From: the human T2T-CHM13v2.0 reference genome, Homo sapiens
Strand: one strand, 5' to 3'
DNA length: 64,000 nt
Assembly (NCBI RefSeq): GCF_009914755.1
Contig: NC_060930.1
Shown here in pieces: positions 46,201-60,936 of this stretch. A program made the position numbers and the translations under genes. The notes beneath the pieces were generated by a model. It was not told the origin of the DNA and did no database searches. It saw nothing but the letters and a program-made list of their open reading frames with translations. Position 1 is the first letter of the stretch, and the number at the start of each line of letters is the position of its first letter.

Positions 46201-46739
46201 GTGGACATTATTTTTAGAATTTCTTTCTTAAAGGCTGCTTTCATTATTGTATCTCCACCAACCTAAAATAGGTAATCTATTATTTATGTCTACAATATGG
46301 ATTTACTTTATTTCCAGAAGTGCTAAATGTACTTCCCAAAAGTTCAGTCAGGTAGATCTGATTATTTTTTTTCTGAACATACCATGTGATTTCCTGATGA
46401 AATGCATTTATTCAAGCTATTTTGCGATTTGGATGGCACACTATCTTCAGTGCAAAATTTTTTTTAAATGACCAAGACAAAAATGTGACCATTATTATGA
46501 TGTCTTTCTGTGTATTCCTGTTTACACTGTGATCATCCTTCTCTGAACATTTATAGCATTATATATTTTTTTTTTTTGCTACAAAACCACATCTTCACAG
46601 GTTATGTCTGTTGAAATGTTTTCTTATGTTACTGAATAACTCATTTTTAAACTCTTTATATGTATGTGTGTTCTCTTTACTGACTCAAAAATGAGTTTAA
46701 CCAATTACTACCAATAGGTGACTTTGGGCAATTATTTAA

Positions 46740-46890
46740 TATAGCTATCCATCAAATTTTATAAATTAGAAAACTGAGACCAAGCAAAAAACTAGATAAC
46801 TCACTCAAGTTCATATATCCCAACATACTAGGATTTAGACATGCCTATTTGTCTGAATTGAACCTAAAACTAGTGCATTTTCAATCTATC
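46740..46890 (-). mobile_element. MIR fragment
   Basis: ttttataaattagaaaactgagacc...aactcactcaagttcata...ggatttagac resembles the MIR core. Similar faint MIRs near 11.7, 41.0, 45.9, 54.5 and 55.5 kb. Confidence 0.55.
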
Positions 46891-47274
46891 ATTGCCTGTT
46901 AGTAAAAGAAGGAATTTAAAAGTGATTATTTCTATATAAATTACTTAATTCTTCAATTTTTCTAAATAAAGCATTTTGATGGATTACCACTCTAAGACAA
47001 ACTACTCAAAGTGCTTGGTGGCTAATCAGGAATATTTCACAGAAAAGATTGCTTTACAATCTTACAATTCTGGAGAAAATATTTTTTTGTGTGCAGCCCA
47101 TACTGAAACCAGATGCATAATTAAATGCTGAAGAAAGTATTGTGCATCCTTTTGCCTAGGAACATGTGTAAAGGAATTGGGGAAGTGAGACAATATTACG
47201 TCACTTTTTCAATATATACCAAAAAGAAGACTATCTCTAAATATATATTTGTAATGAGAGAAGAATACATTCCT

Positions 47275-47520
47275 ACATCTGTTCAATATGGTTACCACTA
47301 GCCACAGTGGCTCTTGAGCACTTGAAATGTAATGTTTCTGAATTGAGACATATTTTATATAATATAATACAAAGACTTAGTTGAATATATATATATATAT
47401 ATATAATGCTTCATTAATTATTTTAAAATTAGGTTACATGTATAAATTATAATAGTTTAGGTATGTTGGACAAATAAATTACATTAGTAAAATTTATATT
47501 ACATGTTTGTTTTACTTTTT
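47275..47520. mobile_element. MER33/MER3-like fragment with (TA)n
   Basis: tgttcaatatggttaccactagccacagtggctcttgagcacttgaaatgt. Confidence 0.7.
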
Positions 47521-48259
47521 AGGTAATGGTGTTGCCCCACAGACTTTTCCAGATTTCGAGTATTTTCTCCTGTATGCATATTTGTTGGAGGTATTTTTTT
47601 CTGTCATGAGTACTGCTATAACTCATAATTTGTAGCAATAGATAAAATATTTTAAAGCACTAGCAAATCCCTTAAAATTCAACAGTTTAGAAGTAATCAA
47701 AATAACATTTTTCTCTATTCTGAAACTACTATGTTAGTTCTAAAAGACTTGCCTTTCATTGTTGTAACCTCTTGAATGTTATTTGAATTGTTTTCCAGAG
47801 TTCAGAAAGATTGCTCGATAGAGTGTTTATAATATCAGAGTCTCCCAGGCTACATTATAGAGGAACATGTGCCAGTTTCCTTGGCTTTGACTGCTGGAGC
47901 TCAAGAGAAGACTTTAATAGCAATATCCAGCAGTCTTAAGTAAGTGTTACAGTAAAATTCCACCTGAAAGTAAGAATTATGTAACATACAGGAGCTTGTA
48001 ACATAATTATCTGAATGAGTTTTCTACCAACATAATATTATATTCCCACCAATATCCTGGATTTAGAATGAAAATACAAACAAGCTTCAAAGAGACTTAT
48101 CAAAAACAAAAAACATGCTCCACAATTTGCAACTGAATGTGTTTTAATGCAGCATTGTATGAACAACATATTTAACAATGCTTTAAAACACTACTTCACC
48201 CAGTATTTTTATTCAAAAAAGTGAAATAAAATAAAAATAGCAAAATGTTCACAATAATA

Positions 48260-48306
48260 TTAGGCGGTGCAAAAGTAATTGCAGTTTTTTCCGTTAAGAG
48301 TAATGG
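48260..48306 (+). mobile_element. MADE1/Hsmar1 half element (one TIR)
   Basis: ta|ttaggcggtgcaaaagtaattgcagttttttccgtt. Confidence 0.85.
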
Positions 48307-50039
48307 AGTTGCACTTTCATTAAAATGTAATAGATGTACATTTTATTTCAAAACAGAGGTTAAAAACCATTATAGAGCTCTCTCTGAAGATCAGTGTGGC
48401 TAACTGCCCCAAATCCTGGGTTCATGGCAGCTTTTTTCCAATAAATCATACAAGCTCTCTCTAGAGAAAATGTATTTAGATTAAGTGTGTTAGAAATGAA
48501 AGATAAGAACATAATTATTCCCTAAAAAGTAAAAAGAAGAGTAAGACCTTGAAAGGAAACCCCAAGGAGAAGAGTGGAGCAATCTTTTAATCCCAAGGAG
48601 CAAACTGGTGTAGAGAGAGGGGAAGTAGGCAATAAAATATATTTTTCAACATTTTTCAAGCAGGAGTCAAAGGTAGATTAGCTCTACATAGTTCCACGGA
48701 TGGCTTTTATTTCTTTAACAGATTATTTTAAGAAATGTTGCACCACCAATGCTTTCGTAAAACAAAAAATTATATTTTGTAATGATATAAACATCAACTA
48801 GTTTAAGCCAAAAATACAATAAAGAATTAAACTCTAAAAGTGAAGAAATCTTAGGAATATTTTAACCAGATTATTTAATTTATATTTTGTGTATGTTTAT
48901 TCTTAAATTTTGTCTATTCTCTCTTTCTTTTTTTATAAATATCAGATAGCAAAAATAATTTCTGTCTTATTAAATCTAAACACCAGCCAATAATTACCAA
49001 ATATAAAGCTATTATAAAAAAGCACTATGTCAACATATATTTTTCTTTTTGAAAGTACATAACACTAGAGGGTATATTACAATCACTGAAAAATTTAATC
49101 TAATTAAATGTAAGCACATACATTGTTTTTTATGCCAAAATTACTTATCTATTGTATGAATTATTTCATATGCATTTGATAAAGACAGACTATTTTATTA
49201 AGTGGTAATTGCCTTATTTTATAAACCACATTTATCAGACAATATTTGAGGTTACCAAGAAACAACAGTTGAAAGTAAACAACCCTAGGTCAACTGAAGT
49301 AGAAAACAGTGGCCTTCATCCCACCGTCTTCCTTTTGACATAGTTAGACCTTAGGCTCTGACTTTGATGGATTATTATTCAGCTTTCCCAACCATTTACT
49401 ATAATATTTCTTATCACTGTTTTGCTGAAACCTTGCAAAACAATCCTAATAACCAATGGGAAACTTTACAATTCACCTGTGTCCTTGTAAAATCATATCA
49501 AAATATTTATCAAGATAAAATTTAAAACTTTTGTCGTACTGTTAATTACAAGATTATACACGAATAAAAATAGTAAAACATTTTTACTTAGTACTGAAAT
49601 TTAATGAAGATGGGATAAATGTCATTATACTCTGACTTATTGAAAATTAAAGGGCTCTATTTCTGGGTTTACAGTAGCTTGGATAGTGCTTACCTTCTTG
49701 TTGGTCATATAACTTACATGGTGTGTCATTTCCATGGCTAGGCCAATAGTCATACTCCTTTTGAAGTTCTTATTATCTTCCAACATTTTGTCCTTTCAGC
49801 TTTCAATGTCATAAAAATCTCCTAGTGTTTCTTTAATGTGAACTTTGTTGCAGCTACCAGTCCTCTGAGACATTTTTATTATTTTCATTATAACCACTTT
49901 ATTTATGCATGTGGGTAAATTTACCTTTACTAAGTTTCTCCAGCTGCATATCTAGTTTCTCCAAATGGAGACAATATCAACATTTTTGCAATTAGCTATT
50001 TCTTTTGTAACTTCATTCTATTCGAATTTCATTTCTAGA

Positions 50040-50457
50040 CATCAAGTTTCTTTGCTGCACTTTCATCTTGGATGATTAATGTTGTCTTTTGATTATCTGT
50101 TTTTGTAAAATTGTATGACGGTTTTTCACTGAGAGACAAAAGTGCAACATAATACAACTACAGCTTTGTGTCTAGATGTGAAATGAATAACGGATGAGCA
50201 GTGGCCAATCACTGACATATTCAAAAAGAATTGACTCAGTAGTCATTGATAATGAAGTAAATGCATCAGTTATTTACATAGTGATTAGTAGAATAACAAG
50301 CTAACAGCCAAATTTGTACCTTCTGCAGTTCTTCACAGAAAATACAGTGGGACTTCCAAAATTGAAACCAAGTTGTTGGAGGGTTGATGTTATTTAACTA
50401 AATCATGAAAACTAAAACTCATTAATATCAAAACTATGCAAACCAAGGATAATCTAT
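50040..50457. mobile_element. Possible old Tigger-family (Tigger6-like) MITE
   Basis: The end aaactatgcaaaccaaggataatcta loosely resembles a Tigger terminus; from memory only. Confidence 0.3.
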
Positions 50458-52610
50458 GTTACATCACAGTAGGAATACTTATATCAGCTGACTAATACAG
50501 GCATGCCTCATTTTATTACACTTCCCTTTATTGTGCTCAGTAGATTTTATGCTTTTTACAAATTGAAGATTTGTGGCTACCTTGAATCAAGCAAGTCTAT
50601 TGGTACAATTTTTCCAACAATGTGCTCATTTTGTATCTTGTGTCGCATTTTGGGTATTCTTACAATATTTTAAACTTTTAAATTATTATTTTATATGTTA
50701 TAATGGTCTGTAATCAGTAATCTTTATGTTACTATTGTAATTCGGGGGAGAGGGGCACTGCAAACTGTGTCCATAAAAGCAAACATAATTAAATGTTTGA
50801 CTGCTCCATTGAATGGTCCTTTCTCTTTCCCTCTCTCTCTCTCCTCAGGCCTGCCTTTTCTCTGAGACAAAATAATACTGAAATTAGGCCAATTAATAAC
50901 CCCATAATATCCTCCAAGTTTTCAAGGGAAGAGTCACATCTCTCACTTTAAATCAAAAGCTAGAAATGATTAAGCTTAAGTGAAGAAGGCATGGAGAAAG
51001 CCAAGAATGGCCAAAAGCTATGCCTTTTGTATAAAGCAGTTAGCCAGGTTGTGAATGCAAAGGAAAATTTCTTGAAGGGAATTAAAAGTACTACTCCAGT
51101 GAATGAATGAATTATAAGAAAGCAAAACAGCTTTATTGCTGATGTAGAGAAATTTAAGTGGTCTGGATAGAAGATCAAACCAACCACGATATTCCATTAA
51201 GCTAATACTTAGTTAGAGCAAGGCCCTAACTCTCATCAATTCAAGAAAGCTGATATAGGTGAGGATGCTACAGAAGAAAAGTTGGGAGCTAGCAAAATTT
51301 AGTTCATGAGGTTAAAGGAGAAAAAGTTATTTCCATAATATACAAAGTACAAGATGAAGCTGAAAGTGCTAATGTAGAAAATGCAGCAAGTTATCCAGAA
51401 GTACCTAAGATTATTGATGAAGGTGGTTAGACTAAACAACAGATTTTCAATGTAGACAAAACTGCCTTCTATTGGTAGAAGAAAGCTTCAAATGACAGGC
51501 CAACTCTCTCATTAGGGGCTTAATGCAGCTGCTAACATTGACTTGAAGCCAATGCTCATTTACCATTTCAAAAATTCTAGAACCCTTCAGAATTATGCTA
51601 AGTCTACTTTGCCTTTTCACTATCAAAGAAACAATAAAGCCTGGATGACAGCGCATCTGTTTACAGCATGCTTCACTTAATATTTTAAGAGTAAAGTTAA
51701 GATATACTCCTCAGAAAAAAAATATATTTCTTTCAAAATATTACTGCTCATTGACAATGCACCTAGTCACCCAAGGGCTCTGATACAGATGCACAAAGAG
51801 ATTCATGTTGTTTTCATGCCTCATAGCACAACATCCATTCTGGAGCCTATGGATCAAGGATTAATTTCAAATTTTGATTCTTATTATTTAAGAAATACAT
51901 GTCATAAGGCTATAGCTGTCACAGATAGGGATTACTCTGATGCATCTGGGCAAGGTAAATTGAAAAACTTCTAGAAAGGATTCACCAATCTAGGTTTCAT
52001 TAACTACGTGTGTGATTGATATGAGTAGGTCAAAATATCTACATTAATAGGAGTTTGGAAAAATTTGAGACCAAATCTCATGAATGACTTTAAAGGGTCC
52101 ATAATTTAAGAGAAGTGGGTAGCTGCAGATGTGGTCTAAATAGCAGGAGAAATAGAATTAGAAATGAATCCTTGAGATGTGATGGAATTACTGTCGTCTC
52201 ATGAAAAAACTGGAACAAATGAGGAGTTGCTTCTTATGAATGAGCAAAAAAAAATGTTTCTTGAGATAAAGTCTACTCCTGGTGAAGATGTTGTGATCAT
52301 TGTTGAAATAAGAACAAGGGATTTAGAATATTTTATAAACGTGGTTGATAAAGCAGCAAGAAGGTTTGAGAGGATTGACTCCACTTTTGAAAGAACTTAT
52401 ACTGTGGCTAAAATGCTTTTACACAGTATTGCATGCTACAGAGAAATGACTTGCCAATTTATGTGACAAACTTAATTATTGTGTTATTTAAGAAGTTACC
52501 ACAGCCACCCCAACCTTCAGCCACCATCTCTCTGATCAGTCAGGGGCAATCAACAAAAAAACAAGACCCTCCACAGCAAAATGATTATGACTTACTGAAG
52601 GCTCAGATGA

Positions 52611-53113
<503 letters not shown>

Positions 53114-53329
53114 TTTAACATAATTACACTGTTTTTTAGACATAATGTCATTGCGTACTTAATAGACTACAGAATAATGTAAACATAACTTGTATATGCA
53201 TTGGAAAAATATTTTGTGTGACTCACATTTTTGTGATATCCATATTATTGCAGTGGTCTGGAACCAAATACTCAAAATCTCTAAAGTATGCCTATATACA
53301 ATTGTTTATCATTTTAAAATAATATTATT

Positions 53330-53500
53330 TTTAAAATAAGTCTTTGCAGAAGTAACTGTGTTAAGGATATTGAGATTCAATCATCCTTTTTAGGATGGGT
53401 TACATAAATCCAATGGCAGGTGTCCTTATGAAAGAAAAGTAGAGAGATGTGAGACACAGAGACACAGAAGAGAAGACAATGTAAAAAGCACGGCAGAAAT
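53330..53500 (+). mobile_element. MLT1C/D-like LTR fragment
   Basis: gtctttgcagaagtaa...aaggatattgagat...taaatccaatggcaggtgtccttat...gagacacaga. Confidence 0.75.
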
Positions 53501-56500
53501 CTTATGCTTGTATATTACTTCTCTTACTTCTGCTTGATGAAAATACTCATTAAGAAGAAATAGATTGAAGTGGAGAGAAACTATCAGAAAAAAGCTAATG
53601 CCCCTCATGTGGAAATCGTTATGTGAAGTGCTAAGAATTCAGAATACACATCCAATGATACTCTAGTGTAGAGCTATTTGGTTCAACTCCTGTACTACTT
53701 ACACAATTCTCCTTCTTCTCTTTGTATTTTGAGGCAGTAGCAGTAATTTGGAAACTACTTTTTAGAAATTAAAACCATGTTGAATTGCCAGAATCTAATT
53801 CAAATATTTTACTACCTATTACTATTGATTAATTAAGGCTGCATATATCTTCAGAAATATAGATTATTTTTAGTTCTGTATTTATATTAGCTATATTGAA
53901 ATATTAATTTTATTATTTGCCAGTTTGGTTCCTATAAAGAATATAACTTAAAATACTCATAGATATGAATTTGAAGATTATTTTGAGATTACAAAAACAA
54001 TCCATAGGTCTCAAGACAAATGGTGCAAGTAATGAACAGAGCTGCACAGAGCATGCATGGATAAGCATTTCTAAGCATGTAAAGCTAATTATATATGTAA
54101 ATGTATACATATGAGTGGTACACTCTTATAAACACAAAAGACAGTGGACTTGGTGCAGGTACAAAAGGGAAACAGGTGCCTAATTTTTAATTCCATTTAT
54201 TGTATCACATCTGCTGTTAATTATTTTACTTTCAGTAAATTACAAATGTCTAATGTTGGTAGTAAAAAAAGTATATTTTATTATTCTTACTGCTATATGT
54301 TTTAAATCTTATCTCTTAGATAAAACTAAAATTTTTCTAGAAATGGTAGATTAAATGTCTAATAATATCAATAGTAATAAAAGGACCATATTCCCTGAAT
54401 CATTATAAGAGCATTATGTACAATTAGTCATTGCTCTTTATGAAAACTCTATAAGCCTAGTATAATATCAAGCACAGTTGACAGATTAAGAATCATAAAG
54501 AGGAAGCTATGTAACTGATTTAATTAATGCAGTTAGTAAGTGGCAGTCAGTATTTGAACCCATGACTTCTGGTTTCAAGGTCTGGGCTCTTGAACTTGCA
54601 TCCATAAAGATTTAGTCTAAAGATCCACCTTTCCCTCCACTGCTAGAATTGAAACCAGATCAATAATGAGATTATATTTCCAGCTCTAAGTCTTCCATGT
54701 CCAGAGCACCACAGAGCCACAATATCGCAAGCTGAGTGTAATATGTCTTCTGCTGAGCAGATGACTATGTTACTGCTGAGCAAAAGAAACAAAAACACAA
54801 ATGAACAGGCTGATATTACTTGTAGAAAAGTGGAAATCCATAAAGTTAAAATGGACCATTGATTTTGTGGACTATTGTTTGCTGGAGGTATCTTCATTTG
54901 CTTTATTTATTTAGTTTATCGTTTCTTAATCAGGTCTAAAGTGTTTTGGATATATCAGAGATCTATAGCAGATTACTAACAATCTTAAAATGTTTTTACT
55001 TTCTATCAGATGCTCCTTGTTCATTTGCTAAACGTGAGTCTTTCATATATCCCTACCCAACTAGAGTTGCGAGTTTTAGCCAAACCCAACGAAACAAAGA
55101 AAAATCATTCTGTTTTTTATATAAACACATGAATATTTATAGTCTAAAAATTGAAGTAATGGGCCTTGAGTTATTGTTTATTAAAATTTTATTACTAAGA
55201 ATCTGAAACTTTATATTAACATTTTAAGCATTGCTTATTAAGTTCATTAACGTCGCATAGAATATGTATTTCTAAGTTCAATTAAATTCTCATTTTAAGT
55301 AAGCAAACTTTTTTTTAGTTTATGTGTGTTACATGCGATATTTAGAACACATGTATACTAAAACATTGATGAGTTAATCTAAAATTTAACTTTAACTGAT
55401 CATTCTATATGTTACCTGGCAACTGTACTACTCAGTCCAACATAAATTTGTGGGGCTATCAAGAAAGTCACCCTGAATCTAAATGTAAAGAATAATGCTT
55501 TTGGTTCATTTCAAAATTTGTAATTTACTAGTCATGTGTGCCCTTGCATCATTTTACCCATTTGAGACTTTGTCCCATTGGTAAAAAATGGAATCATGAG
55601 ATGCCCCTCTCCCCAACCTGGCAATTGAAGAAAATATGCTAAAGAAATAGTTTAAAGAAAATGTAAAATTTTATAGGTAGGAACACAAGAGTACTTATGT
55701 TTTCAATTTACTTTATACAAAATAACATTTACAGAAAGGGATACAATTTTCCATCACACATCTCATATTATTGTTGACAGTGGTCTTTAACCACATGGTA
55801 CTTAATTTGCCCATGAATCAACAGTGGCTAATAAGTTTTGAATAATGAGAGTTAAAGCACTGACTCCTCTCACACAGTTGGGGTGACCATTAGTAAATGC
55901 CCTCTAAATAATTGTCATTATTATATTTTTAAAAGAAGCTTGATATTCTTTTTCCCTCAAAATGCAGTTATGGCACAGAAGATGATATCTTAATATTTGC
56001 CTGAGAAAAGGTTTTTTTCTGAAACTTAGAAAAAAACCCTACATAATTACTGAAGAAATCTATACCAGCAAAGATATGCTAATTGTCATACTACTGTAAA
56101 TTATAGTATGCTTTATAAAAGATAATTTTCCTGACTATGAAACACATTTTTACCATTAAAATGATTTCTGACTTTTACCCTGCTATTATAAATTTGTGAA
56201 AATGGTTCTGCCAGACGTCCACACAGTGGCAAATTGGAATCCCACGGGAAATGATCTTTAAATTAAGAAACTCTCAGTATGTTCCAAGTTTCATTTAAAG
56301 GCCTGGGAATTTCTTTGTAGTGTGTGATAAAGGAAATCACAAATCTTTTAAAACATCTGGATTGAATTAAAACTATTAATGAGAGAAATGTATAATAAGT
56401 ACATTCTATGATGTTTAATTACATCCACCATGTTTTTATTAATTCTTTCAAAAACTATCTGTGGAGACATTCCTATGTGACAAGCATCATGCTAAATGCT

Positions 56501-57861
56501 GTAGGAAACAAAAAGAAAATTAGTCTCAAAATTTAAGGGCATTATAATCCAGTGGGAGATTTACTCCATGAATGTCTACAAACGTTAGATAGCTAATGTT
56601 GACTATTTTTCCATGGGAATGGCATTTAAAATTATGAAAACTGGGTTTTTAGCCAAGCAAAATTTTAATCAATCCTTGTAAAACCATTAAACCAATTTTG
56701 TCTGTTTCTCCTCTCATCAAAAATGATTAGTAACAAGTTTAAGAATAAATGAAATTATATATAATATTAAGAAAAAAATTTCAAATAATTTTCATCCACT
56801 GCCTTCCTAAGAAGATATGTTTATATACACTTATTCATAATATTCTGAGCCTATCTTTTATGTTTTTTGTTCTTAAAACAAATTTCTAATTCACTTCTTT
56901 TCTATTCTAGACATCATGTATAACTGTGCTTGTGTTTGTGAATCTGTATTTGTAGCATATGAATGTCTAAGTCCATGCCAATGAAAAACATAGATCATCA
57001 ACTTTTACTACCCATATCTCCCATTTAATTAGTATTAAGCAAAAGCTGAACAGGCTGTAAAGATGTACACATAATGGAGTGACATTACAATTTCTTAAGA
57101 AATTAATACTGCAGGTTCACTATATTGGAAACTGTTTAGCATGTTTTAACCAATAAATTCATGTGAAGGTCTGTTAATTTCTAAGCTTAGCAGGAACAGT
57201 TGGAGAAATGTGCTATACTTCAACTTTTACAAAAATAAAAGAATTTTCTTTGGTCATATTGTAATTAGAAAAAAAAAAGATGGAAAAATAGAAGTACTTT
57301 TATTGTCAAAATTGGATAAGTAAGAGGATTTGTTTCTGGTTTTCTTGACTTATATTCTAAAAACAAAACAAAATCAATCATGATTATTCCAAATCAGTGA
57401 CTATAATTTTAGAGAGTAGGGTAATTGGATGACAGATAAAAATATATTTTTATATAAAGATAATTCCTAATAAACTATATAAGACTTGATATAACTACAG
57501 GAGTATTTACAGTCTAAAAATTAAATGGACTTTGAGTTACAGTTTCTTAAAATGTTATTACTAACAATCTGAAACTTTATATTAACATCTTAAGCACTGA
57601 TTACTAAAGTTCATCATGTGGCAATTATCATGCAGCATTAGGATATGTAATGTCATATATATTCCAAATATTATATAAATTTCTACTGTCATTAAATGAA
57701 ATGTGAGGGGACTAAATTGGCTTTAAAAAGGAATAAAAACAACTAAATTAGAACATGTATTCTGCTATTTAATCTTTGTTAAGGCTGTAATTTTTTTGTT
57801 AGCCACACTCATTTTATCAGGCTTTTTTATATAATTGAAGCCATAATATATAGAGATGGTA

Positions 57862-58218
57862 TAGTTAGATTATTTCTTCTCTGAAATATTTGAAACCAGA
57901 GGTGTTTTAAATTTCAAGTTTTGGAATATTTGCATATACCATAATGCGATATTTTGAGAAAAAGACCCAAATCTACACACAAAATTTATTTATGTTTTAT
58001 ATAAATATGTACCTTATACACATAGCCTGAAGAAAATTTTGTATGTTTTTTAAACATTTTGTTCATGAAACAAAGTTTTCTTTGCATTTTGACTACTTCT
58101 TCTCTCAGCAGGACAGACGTGAAATTTTTTACTTGTGGCATCATGTTGGTGCTCATAAAGTTTCAGATTTTGGAACAGTTTGGATTTTGGATTGTCAGAT
58201 TAGAGATGCTTAACCCAG
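57862..58218. mobile_element. Tigger4b (Zombi/MER46-type) MITE
   Basis: ttttggaatatttgcatatac, ccttatacacatagcctgaag, acttgtggcatcatgttggtgctca, gattagagatgcttaacc. Confidence 0.85.
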
Positions 58219-58219
58219 A

Positions 58220-58265
58220 GATAGATGAGATAGATCAATGGATAGATAGGTAGATAGATGATAGG

Positions 58266-58300
<35 letters not shown>

Positions 58301-58340
58301 ATAGATAGATCGATAGATACACAGACAGATAGGTAGACAA
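58220..58340. repeat. (GATA)n tetranucleotide STR, core (TAGA)8 at 58266-58297
   Basis: Counted directly. Confidence 0.95.
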
Positions 58341-58516
58341 ATATAGAAATGTTTCCATGCTTTTAGGGAACTGCAAATGCATCAATTTCATATTTCATGG
58401 GCCAAGAGGCTGAGTATAATTTAATCGCTAGTTCACTAGTGAAGCTATATGGCAAAAATTACCAATGTTCATGCATGTCTAGTTTTTTTCCCCTTCCCAG
58501 GAAAATAAATTATCAC

Positions 58517-58640
58517 TTTTTTTTTAATAGAGATCAGGTTTTGCAATGTTGGCTGAGCTGGTTCAAACTCCCGAGCTCCAGTGATCCTGCCTCAGCCTCC
58601 CAAAGTGCTAGAATTACAGATGTAAACCACCATACCTGGT
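58517..58640 (-). mobile_element. FLAM_C / AluJ left monomer
   Basis: tagagatcaggttttgcaatgttg...gcctcagcctcccaaagtgctagaattacaga...ccaccatacctgg. Confidence 0.8.
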
Positions 58641-59149
58641 TTACAAATTTTTATACTTACCAGTCAACATATATTTAAGGAATGGCAGCAGAGACATGTG
58701 ACTTGTTCTGACCAATGAATATGATACGTTTCAATGACTGGCAAAGGGAATCAAAATCCTGTGCATGACAGCGCATCCTTTCTCTTCATCTACTGTGATA
58801 AGATAAGGGCCATTGAGTCATGAAAAACAAGCAGCCCTGAAGAGCTACCCAATACATATCTGAAAATATAAAATTGTGTGGTACAAAGCAACTAATGTTT
58901 ATAAGTTGGGCAATTCCTTCAACATAACCTATTATTTTAACTAATGCAAACACTTTTTTCCTTAAAATTCAATACATTTTAAAGGCAGCAGAGACTACAT
59001 AGTGAAATAAAACCTCTCCTCCCAGAATCATATTTTTTCTAATCCCTCTCTCCAAATATTTATGCTATTGTTGTCATATGTTTTATTTTAGAAGTGTTAT
59101 AAGCATGTGATATTTCTACTAATTTTACTTCAGATGGCCAAATATCATT

Positions 59150-60640
59150 AAAAGTGATTAAAAATAAGAAAATAATGTTTATTTATTTTACAATTTCTAG
59201 AGCCTCCATTTCTTTGTGTAGATTCATATCTAGAACCAAAGTCCTCTCAGAAGAACTTTGTTTAACAGTTCCTATGGGGCAAGAATGCTGGTTATTAATT
59301 CTTTCAGATTATGACCATCTGAAACTGTTGTTACTAGGCTTTGATTTAAAAAATATACCTTTTTTTCTGAGTCCAGAATTCTGTGTTGACAAAGATTTTT
59401 GTTTTTTCCTCTGCTTTCCGCACTTCAAAGATCTCACACATCTTTTGGCTTGTGTGGTGTCTAAACAGAGTCTGGTATAATTCTTATCTTTGCTACTTTG
59501 TGTGTAAACTGTCTTTTCTTTTTACCTTTCTCTTGACTTTAAAGACATGTTTCTTTATTTTTGATTTTTAGCAGTTTGGCTATAATATGCCTAGGTATGG
59601 TTTTCTGGAGGTATTCATTCTGCTTGTGTTATTCTTAGCTTCTTGAATCTGGGTTTAGATGTCTTTTATTATTTTTTTAAAAATTCAAACATTCTCTGTT
59701 CCAATATCACTTTTGCTATTTTATCATTTTTCCCCTTCTTCTAATCCAATGACACATCTTTTAGAGTGTTTGAATTTTTTTTCCGGTTTTGGATGCTCTT
59801 ATCTGTTTTTGCAGTGGCAGTGTTTGCTTGCTTTTTGTCAATCATTTTTCTTTGTGCATTTTAGTTTTTAGCAATTTCTATTGGCCTATAATCTACCAAT
59901 TCTTCCCTCAGCTGTGTTAAATTCACCGGTGAGCCTATTGAAAGAATTTTATCTCTCGCATTTTTTTAATTATGGAATTTTTATTTAGCTGTCTTATAGG
60001 TTTATTCTTTCTAAAAACATTATCTAAATGTTCATGCCTATTGCCTACCTTTTCCATTAAATTGTGAAACATATAGTCATAGTTATTTTAAATTTTCTGT
60101 TCAATGGTTTCAACATCTAGATATCTCTCTGAGACTAGTACAATTGACTTTTTGTGTTCTGTTTGCTTGTTTGTTTGCTTGCTTGCATTTGTATGAGCTT
60201 ATGTTTTTTAATTGATGTCAACATTGTAGGAGAAACATGAGACACTGAAGTCAAGATCACTTATTTCTGAAATAAGTGGACTTCTTCTTCAATGTTTCTA
60301 TCACTGTGCCAAACCAATAAGTAGTTGAGCTGAGTTTGAGATTTTTTTCCTGATATTGTGACCTTCAGGACGTCATAGTCTTCAAATTCTTCTAGCAGTT
60401 GGATGTGATTGCCTTGTGTTGAGGATGGCATTTTGGATGTCTAAGGACTTTTTTTTTTTTTGAGTCTTTGTATTTTACCCTGAGTTTTTAGTCATTCTTG
60501 TTTGCCTGAATCGTGGTGGGGAGTTTCTCTCCTCAAACTTCTCCTCCTCTCAGAAGTAGATTTCTGTTGCTTTTTATTCAGTGTGAGGCCTACGGTGGAA
60601 ATAGGAAAATTTTCTCTTGTTTTCATCCTGCACATGCTAA
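59150..60640 (-). mobile_element. Ancient L1M 5'/ORF1 region
   Basis: T-rich strand; ttttagcagtttggctataatatgcctaggtatggtttt and agcttcttgaatctg are typical of antisense L1M ORF1. Confidence 0.65.
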
Positions 60641-60936
60641 AGCTTTTCCTTACCTTCCTATTTAAAATACTATACCTCCTCTAATTTCAGCCATTTCAAT
60701 GTCCCTTTAAGCTTTATTTTCTTCTTTTGTATTTATTAGTATGGAACATAATATATAGTATGTTATTTAGGTTTTTGTCTCCCTTTAACACATTTTTGGT
60801 TATTTATGTTGTTGTTGCCAGATATATAGAACTTAAAATAGTCCCTGATGCATCATCAGTACTCTGAAACCCTTGCTGAATGAATTAATGGAGGCTGAAG
60901 TCATTCAAAAACACCATGAGATTTTATCAATAAAAA

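Noticed and set aside
51789-52466. TIGD1-like transposase ORFs
   Set aside because: Tigger1 fossil with stops and frameshifts, not a domesticated gene.
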